Shown piece by piece: positions 51,585 to 56,025 of a DNA stretch of 56,025 nucleotides. The stretch covers positions 1 to 56,025 of the forward strand of contig JBDSIO010000409.1 of assembly GCA_039917895.1 (NCBI GenBank), given 5' to 3'. The notes under the pieces are model-generated. The model did no database searches. It was not told the DNA's origin and worked only from the letters and a program-made list of their open reading frames with translations. Each line of letters opens with the position of its first letter. Positions within the stretch are counted from its first letter, which is position 1. Made by a program: the position numbers and the translations under genes. This DNA is from Fibrobacteria bacterium (lineage in GTDB: Bacteria > Fibrobacterota > Fibrobacteria > UBA11236).

Positions 51585-53357
51585 ATGCGCCCTTCATCAA
51601 GCCTTTGGCTGATCATTGCGATCACAACGATTCCCTTGCGCGCGCAATTCACCTCGTCCCTGTGCCCGAATGTCCAATTGGGCGATGCGGATTTTGAGGC
51701 CACGGATCTCTTCAACCGGAAAGGTACCGGTGGGGCTGCAAAAGACGCCGACCTGGTCGAACCCGTACAATTCGACGTGCTGGTGGTGAAGAACGCCGGC
51801 GGAAAATACGATCATAGCGACATCGTCTTCGTGGAGCGGACCGGGAATGTGAAATATTTCGATGGGGCGGCCAAGACCGTCAAGGAGATGGGCACCATCG
51901 AGGTCCATACTGCTCCGGGCGCCCAGGACGACAACGGCCTGATGGGCGTGGCTTTTGATCCCGGCTTTGCGACCAACCGCTGGATCTACGTGTGGTACAG
52001 CCCCAAGCAGACGTTCAACCAAGCCATGACGGGCACAGGCCAGAACCGGCAATTGCGCCTCACGCGCTTCCAGGTCAAGCCGGATAACACTCTGGACATG
52101 GCCAGTGAGAAGATCCTCATCAAGATCCTCGGCAGCAAAACCGATCAATGGCACAGCGGCGGGCCGATGCAATTCGACGCCTACGGCGATTTATGGGTAG
52201 CGGTCGGCAACAACTCCATTGATCTGAACCCCAGCTCCTGCAATACGGGGGGAAGCGTACTCTCGCAGACCGACAGCACGCAAAGCTCGGAATGGGGACC
52301 CTCCAACACCCATAGTCTGCGTGGGGGCTTTTTCCGCATCCATCCCGATGATGCCGCCCCCAAGGGTTACACTATTCCCCCCGGAAATTTCGGCGCGTAT
52401 TGGGCCGACCAATTCGAAAAGCAGGGAAACGCCACCTTGGCCGCGCAATACCGCGACACCTCCAAAGTGCTTCCCGAAGTGTACGTGAAAGGCGAGCGGA
52501 GTAATTACTCCTGCGCGGTGCATCCCACCAAGCGCTGGCTGGCCTGGGGCACGGTGAACTACGCCAGCAGCAACGACGAATTCAACATCACCAAATACCC
52601 CGTTTTCACCGGCTTTCCTTACTTCCACAACAACAACCTTCCTACGTGCAGCCACGGAAAGACAGTGGAAAAACCGACCAACAATTCGAAGTTTAATAGC
52701 GGCGTCGTCGATCTGCCTCCCGCCTTTCCCGGAGCCATCAATAACCTCGTTAACGTCGCCATCGGCGGCCCCATCTATAACTTCGATCCGTCCCTCGACT
52801 ACGAATTCAAGTTCCCGCCGCATTTCGACAATAAGTGGTTCATCGGGAGCTTCTCAGCCAGCCGTTACTTCGCAGTCGCAGTGGATACTTCCGGGCCCAA
52901 CCTCAAGGCTTCCGGCACCCCGGTGCGCTTGGATCAAACCGGCCTCTTCAAGAACGTGTCCATCCGCAACTACATGCATAGCATCTTTGGAAAGGACGGC
53001 GCGCTTTACATCCTCAATTACGACGGGGGACAGTACAGCTCATCCCCCGCAAATCCCGGCGTGGTACGCGTGATCTACAAAGGGGCTTGTCAAGTTCCCG
53101 TCTCCGCCCGCACCCTGACGCCGCCTTACCAAAGCATTTGGATCGACCCAACCGGCATCACGGTCAAAGAAGCCGGGCCGCATATCGTCACCCTATTCGA
53201 CTTAATCGGGCACCAGGTCTGGCGCGACCAAGGCTTAGGCCCCCGCGTTTATCGGTTCAGGGATTTCCAGGCCCGGGCGGGCATGCGGTCGGGGATCTAT
53301 CTGGCGAGGGTCCAAACCCCCGTAGGAGAGGTTTCCAGCCGCGTATCGCTATTCTGA
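51585..53357 (+). CDS. Secreted PQQ-dependent sugar dehydrogenase-like protein with a T9SS-type CTD, paralogue of 38023..39705
   Basis: MRPSSSLWLIIAITTIPLRAQ is a signal peptide at ATG 51585. Motifs: GLMGVAFDPGFATNRWIYVWYS and HSGGPMQFDAYGDLWVAVGN. Tail: IVTLFDLIGHQVW...SGIYLARVQTPVGEVSSRVSLF. Confidence 0.7.
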   Translation: MRPSSSLWLIIAITTIPLRAQFTSSLCPNVQLGDADFEATDLFNRKGTGGAAKDADLVEPVQFDVLVVKNAGGKYDHSDIVFVERTGNVKYFDGAAKTVKEMGTIEVHTAPGAQDDNGLMGVAFDPGFATNRWIYVWYSPKQTFNQAMTGTGQNRQLRLTRFQVKPDNTLDMASEKILIKILGSKTDQWHSGGPMQFDAYGDLWVAVGNNSIDLNPSSCNTGGSVLSQTDSTQSSEWGPSNTHSLRGGFFRIHPDDAAPKGYTIPPGNFGAYWADQFEKQGNATLAAQYRDTSKVLPEVYVKGERSNYSCAVHPTKRWLAWGTVNYASSNDEFNITKYPVFTGFPYFHNNNLPTCSHGKTVEKPTNNSKFNSGVVDLPPAFPGAINNLVNVAIGGPIYNFDPSLDYEFKFPPHFDNKWFIGSFSASRYFAVAVDTSGPNLKASGTPVRLDQTGLFKNVSIRNYMHSIFGKDGALYILNYDGGQYSSSPANPGVVRVIYKGACQVPVSARTLTPPYQSIWIDPTGITVKEAGPHIVTLFDLIGHQVWRDQGLGPRVYRFRDFQARAGMRSGIYLARVQTPVGEVSSRVSLF

Positions 53358-53423
53358 ACGCCAACCACTCTGTGTTGAAACCCTTTCCTACTATTCCGAA
53401 TACCGACAGGAAAAGGGGTCCCT

Positions 53424-54251
53424 ATGGATAGATTTCGGATCATCGGTGCGGTCCTTTTCGCCGCGGCAGCAGCCGCTTCCAGCACTTTCGCGCAATCGGC
53501 CGCCTGCTCCGATTCATTCGCCGTCGCCGAAGTAGGGGAAGGGAAGACTTGGCGCTTGGCCGCCTTCGACAAATCCGCCTTCGGCGCAGCCACGGTGGCC
53601 GACGGCAAACTGACCTTGGCCGGCAGGGGCGGGGACATCTACGGGACGAGGAACGAATTCGTGGCCGTTTATCGGAGCGATATCCAGGGCGACTTCGATG
53701 TCTCTGTCGAATTGGTAAGCCAGGACAGCGTTCATGAATGGTCCCAAGCCGGAATCGTAGCGGCTACCGACCTCACCAATCTGGCTAAAGGCGGATACGT
53801 GGCGGTGGATCTCAGCCCCGGTCACGGCTACACCGTTTTCTTTGATCAGAAAGCCCCGGTAGGCCAATTGGACGGCAACTCGGGAGTGGGCAAAACGGCC
53901 TATCCCTCGTGGCTGAGGTTGGCTAAGAAGGGAATGCAATACACGGCCTGGTACATGAACATGGAGGGCGCGGCCTGGATCCCGCTTCCGAACCCGCCCC
54001 AAAGCCTGAATACCCAGGCTAATGCACAAATCGGTTTGTTCACCGTCAGCCATAACGCAGGGGAAACGGGAAAGGCCGTGTTCGATAACTTTACTTGCAT
54101 GCATACGGCTACGACCCACCTATCCAAAGGCGGAAGCAGGTTCCCTCAGGGATTCCCAAGTCTCTTGCCTTCCCTAAGTACCGATGCCCTGGGGAAGGTA
54201 AGTCGGGAAACGGCGGGAATCGCGATACCCGTTCGGATATTCGAGCGGTAA
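53424..54251 (+). CDS. Secreted concanavalin-A-like/LamG-type domain protein (tentative)
   Basis: Signal peptide ...AAAAASSTFAQS. The beta-rich core (DFDVSVELVS..EWSQAGIV..WLRLAKKGMQYTAWY...IGLFTVSH..AVFDNF) resembles DUF1349/LamG-like jelly rolls. Confidence 0.45.
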   Translation: MDRFRIIGAVLFAAAAAASSTFAQSAACSDSFAVAEVGEGKTWRLAAFDKSAFGAATVADGKLTLAGRGGDIYGTRNEFVAVYRSDIQGDFDVSVELVSQDSVHEWSQAGIVAATDLTNLAKGGYVAVDLSPGHGYTVFFDQKAPVGQLDGNSGVGKTAYPSWLRLAKKGMQYTAWYMNMEGAAWIPLPNPPQSLNTQANAQIGLFTVSHNAGETGKAVFDNFTCMHTATTHLSKGGSRFPQGFPSLLPSLSTDALGKVSRETAGIAIPVRIFER

Positions 54252-54282
54252 CACCTTTTTTTTCGAGTCGTGAGTGGAACGA

Positions 54283-56025
54283 ATGGCCGTTAAATTAAAC
54301 CTTCCGAATAACCGGCTTTGGATTCTCGATCCTTGGCGTGACCTGGCCCTGTTCGTGCTGGTTCCGCTCTGGATCATCCCCGTGGTATGGTGGGCCAAGG
54401 CCAACTTCAACTTCACCAGTTTCGGAGCCATCGCCCTGGCGCTGGGAGGGGTGGGGCATCACCTGCCGGGCTTCATTCGCGCTTACACCGATCCCGTGCT
54501 ATTCCGGCGCTTTCGCACGCGCTTCGTCGTGGCCCCGCTTTTTTTCCTGACAGTGTTCGCCGCGTTTTCCCTGCGGCAGCTTCACGGTCTCGAGGTAATC
54601 GTGGTGATGTGGGGCGCGTGGCACGGTGCTATGCAGGTAAACGGGTTCCTTCGCATTTACGACGCGAAGGCGGGATCGGTTTCTCCGCTCACGGCCAATC
54701 TGGACCGGGCCATGTGCATTGCCTGGTTCGCCGCCGCCCTGCTGCATTCAACTTCCCGCGCCACCGCCATTCTCATGAACTTCTACAGCGCCGGAGTGCC
54801 GGCGATCGATCCCGGAGTTTTCGGGGCGTTTCGCGTTGCCTGGGATATTTTCACGGGCTGCATCACCGCGGCATTCCTGATCAACGCGTGGAGGCAGGCG
54901 CGCCTGGGGGTCACGCCCAGCCCGATCAAATTTCTGCTGATGGCTTCCAGTTTCGGATTCTATTGGTTTGCCATGGTCACCGTGTATAATCCCATCCTGG
55001 GGCTCCTGCTTTTTGAAATCTTCCACGACATCCAATACAACACTTTGGTATGGGCCTACAACCGGGCACGGGTGACCCGTCACCTGGGAGCCAGCCGTCT
55101 CGAGGCATTCCTGTTCAGGCCAGGTGCCTTCCGCGTCGTTCTGTATGCGGTTCTGGTGCTGGCATACGGCACCTTGGGGGTTTTCAGCGGCTACTCCGCC
55201 GCGCTGGTTCCGTCCATCCTGGGGCCCGCCCCGGGAAGCATCCGGTTTTGGACCGGCCTGTTCACGGTTTCGGCCTTCCTGCATTTTTATTTCGACGGAT
55301 TCATCTGGCAGGTGCGCGAAAAAGAGCTCCGTCAGAGTTTGGATATCGCCGGACGGAAAGAGGAACGAACCGCCGTCATAGGAACTGCTCGTGCGTTGAA
55401 CGGGCCTTTGCCAGCGGGATGGAAGTGGGCCTTCTTTATCGTTCCCGCCGTGTTTCTCAGCGCCCTGGAACTCCGGAGGAACGTTCCGCCGATGCTCGAA
55501 CAATTCCGGAACATCGTCGGCATTCTGCCGGAAAGTTGGTCGCTCCACTACATGATTGGCCATCTGGAAAAGGCCGACAAGCAGTATGAACGATCCATGG
55601 AGGACTATGCACGTTCAATCTCCGTAAATCCCGACTTTCAACCGGCGCATGCCGAGCTGGCGGACGTTCAGGCCCATGTCGGCCGGGACGATCTGGCTTT
55701 GCCCCACTACCTCCGCGCAGCGGAGCTGGATTCCCTCGACTACGATACCCGGGACCACCTTGCGACCACGCTTTTGACGGCCAATCGCGTCCGGGAGGCT
55801 CTGCCGCACCTGCTGGCGACGGCGGCGCGAAAACCCAATGACACGAACCTGATCTACCTGACGGGAGCGGCTCTGATGCACGAGAACCGCCCCGAAGAAG
55901 CGGTTCCGTATCTGAAGCGCACGCTGAGTCTGGATCCCGGTCAGCCCCGGGCCTGGAGCTACCTCGGGGTGGCGGCGCATATGCGTGGCGATTCAGCGTC
56001 TGCGGACGAGTATTACCACCGCGCC
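54283..56025 (+). CDS. Polytopic His-motif membrane protein fused to TPR repeats, paralogue of 45337..47136; 3' end lies outside the window
   Basis: This frame is not in the ORF track because no stop occurs in the window. I translated 581 codons without a stop: MAVKLNLPNNRLWILDPWRDLALFVLVPLW... Motifs: GHHLPGFIRAYTD, AWHGAMQVNGFLRIYDAKA, FHDIQYN and HFYFDGFIW. TPR-like repeats follow from about 55540. Confidence 0.75.
   Translation, partial: MAVKLNLPNNRLWILDPWRDLALFVLVPLWIIPVVWWAKANFNFTSFGAIALALGGVGHHLPGFIRAYTDPVLFRRFRTRFVVAPLFFLTVFAAFSLRQLHGLEVIVVMWGAWHGAMQVNGFLRIYDAKAGSVSPLTANLDRAMCIAWFAAALLHSTSRATAILMNFYSAGVPAIDPGVFGAFRVAWDIFTGCITAAFLINAWRQARLGVTPSPIKFLLMASSFGFYWFAMVTVYNPILGLLLFEIFHDIQYNTLVWAYNRARVTRHLGASRLEAFLFRPGAFRVVLYAVLVLAYGTLGVFSGYSAALVPSILGPAPGSIRFWTGLFTVSAFLHFYFDGFIWQVREKELRQSLDIAGRKEERTAVIGTARALNGPLPAGWKWAFFIVPAVFLSALELRRNVPPMLEQFRNIVGILPESWSLHYMIGHLEKADKQYERSMEDYARSISVNPDFQPAHAELADVQAHVGRDDLALPHYLRAAELDSLDYDTRDHLATTLLTANRVREALPHLLATAARKPNDTNLIYLTGAALMHENRPEEAVPYLKRTLSLDPGQPRAWSYLGVAAHMRGDSASADEYYHRA

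Noticed and set aside
54387-55980. Track ORFs 54387..54989 (+), 55050..55589 (+), 54748..55563 (-) and 55615..55980 (-)
   Set aside because: All overlap the unlisted 54283..>56025 frame, which is paralogous to a second gene in the window. Their products are Arg/Gly/Pro-rich.

Overview
This is a bacterial chromosomal segment, mostly high-GC. Hand counts of single 60-nt lines give 41/60 G+C at 10801-10860. An AT-richer block runs from about 12.3 to 21 kb (23/60 at 15361-15420, 27/60 at 16081-16140) and begins directly after a tRNA-Ala(GGC).

- **1-12.2 kb, housekeeping:** the 3' end of a B12-dependent acyl-CoA mutase, pal, cobQ, a sigma-70-family factor with a receiver protein, ybeY-corC, a futalosine-pathway radical-SAM enzyme, a sulfite-oxidase-like molybdoenzyme and an LtaS/sulfatase-family membrane enzyme.
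- **12.3-23 kb, low-GC block:** a degenerate TA-like pair and a Cys/His-motif lipoprotein. A tightly coupled seven-gene operon follows. It opens with a textbook sigma-54 -24/-12 promoter and ends with a Hanks Ser/Thr kinase plus an FHA-GAF-AAA+ sigma-54 activator. One gene in it, a TPR lipoprotein, carries an in-frame TAA. hipBA and an ECF-sigma gene remnant come next.
- **23-33 kb:** a heme-oxygenase-like di-iron enzyme, a HemK-like methyltransferase and a non-canonical PurD-like ATP-grasp enzyme; two paralogous hybrid histidine kinases; an arsR-SRPBCC pair; an orphan CheB-like esterase.
- **33-56 kb, envelope/secretome region:**
  - a surface protein of about 1260 aa;
  - several secreted proteins with T9SS-type C-terminal sorting domains (PQQ-sugar-dehydrogenase-like x2, ThuA-like, BNR-like);
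  - an FG-GAP propeller protein;
  - a ~95% identical segmental duplication with gene decay, including an mnmA remnant;
  - a pair of paralogous barrel-like outer-membrane proteins;
  - two paralogous polytopic membrane-TPR proteins with shared histidine motifs. The second runs off the window end and is missing from the supplied ORF track.

I recognised no rRNA, CRISPR array, integrase, transposase or phage structural gene. A tentative taxonomic guess is an FCB-superphylum-like or related uncultured lineage, based on T9SS-type CTDs, sigma-54 use and the futalosine pathway. This is inference only.
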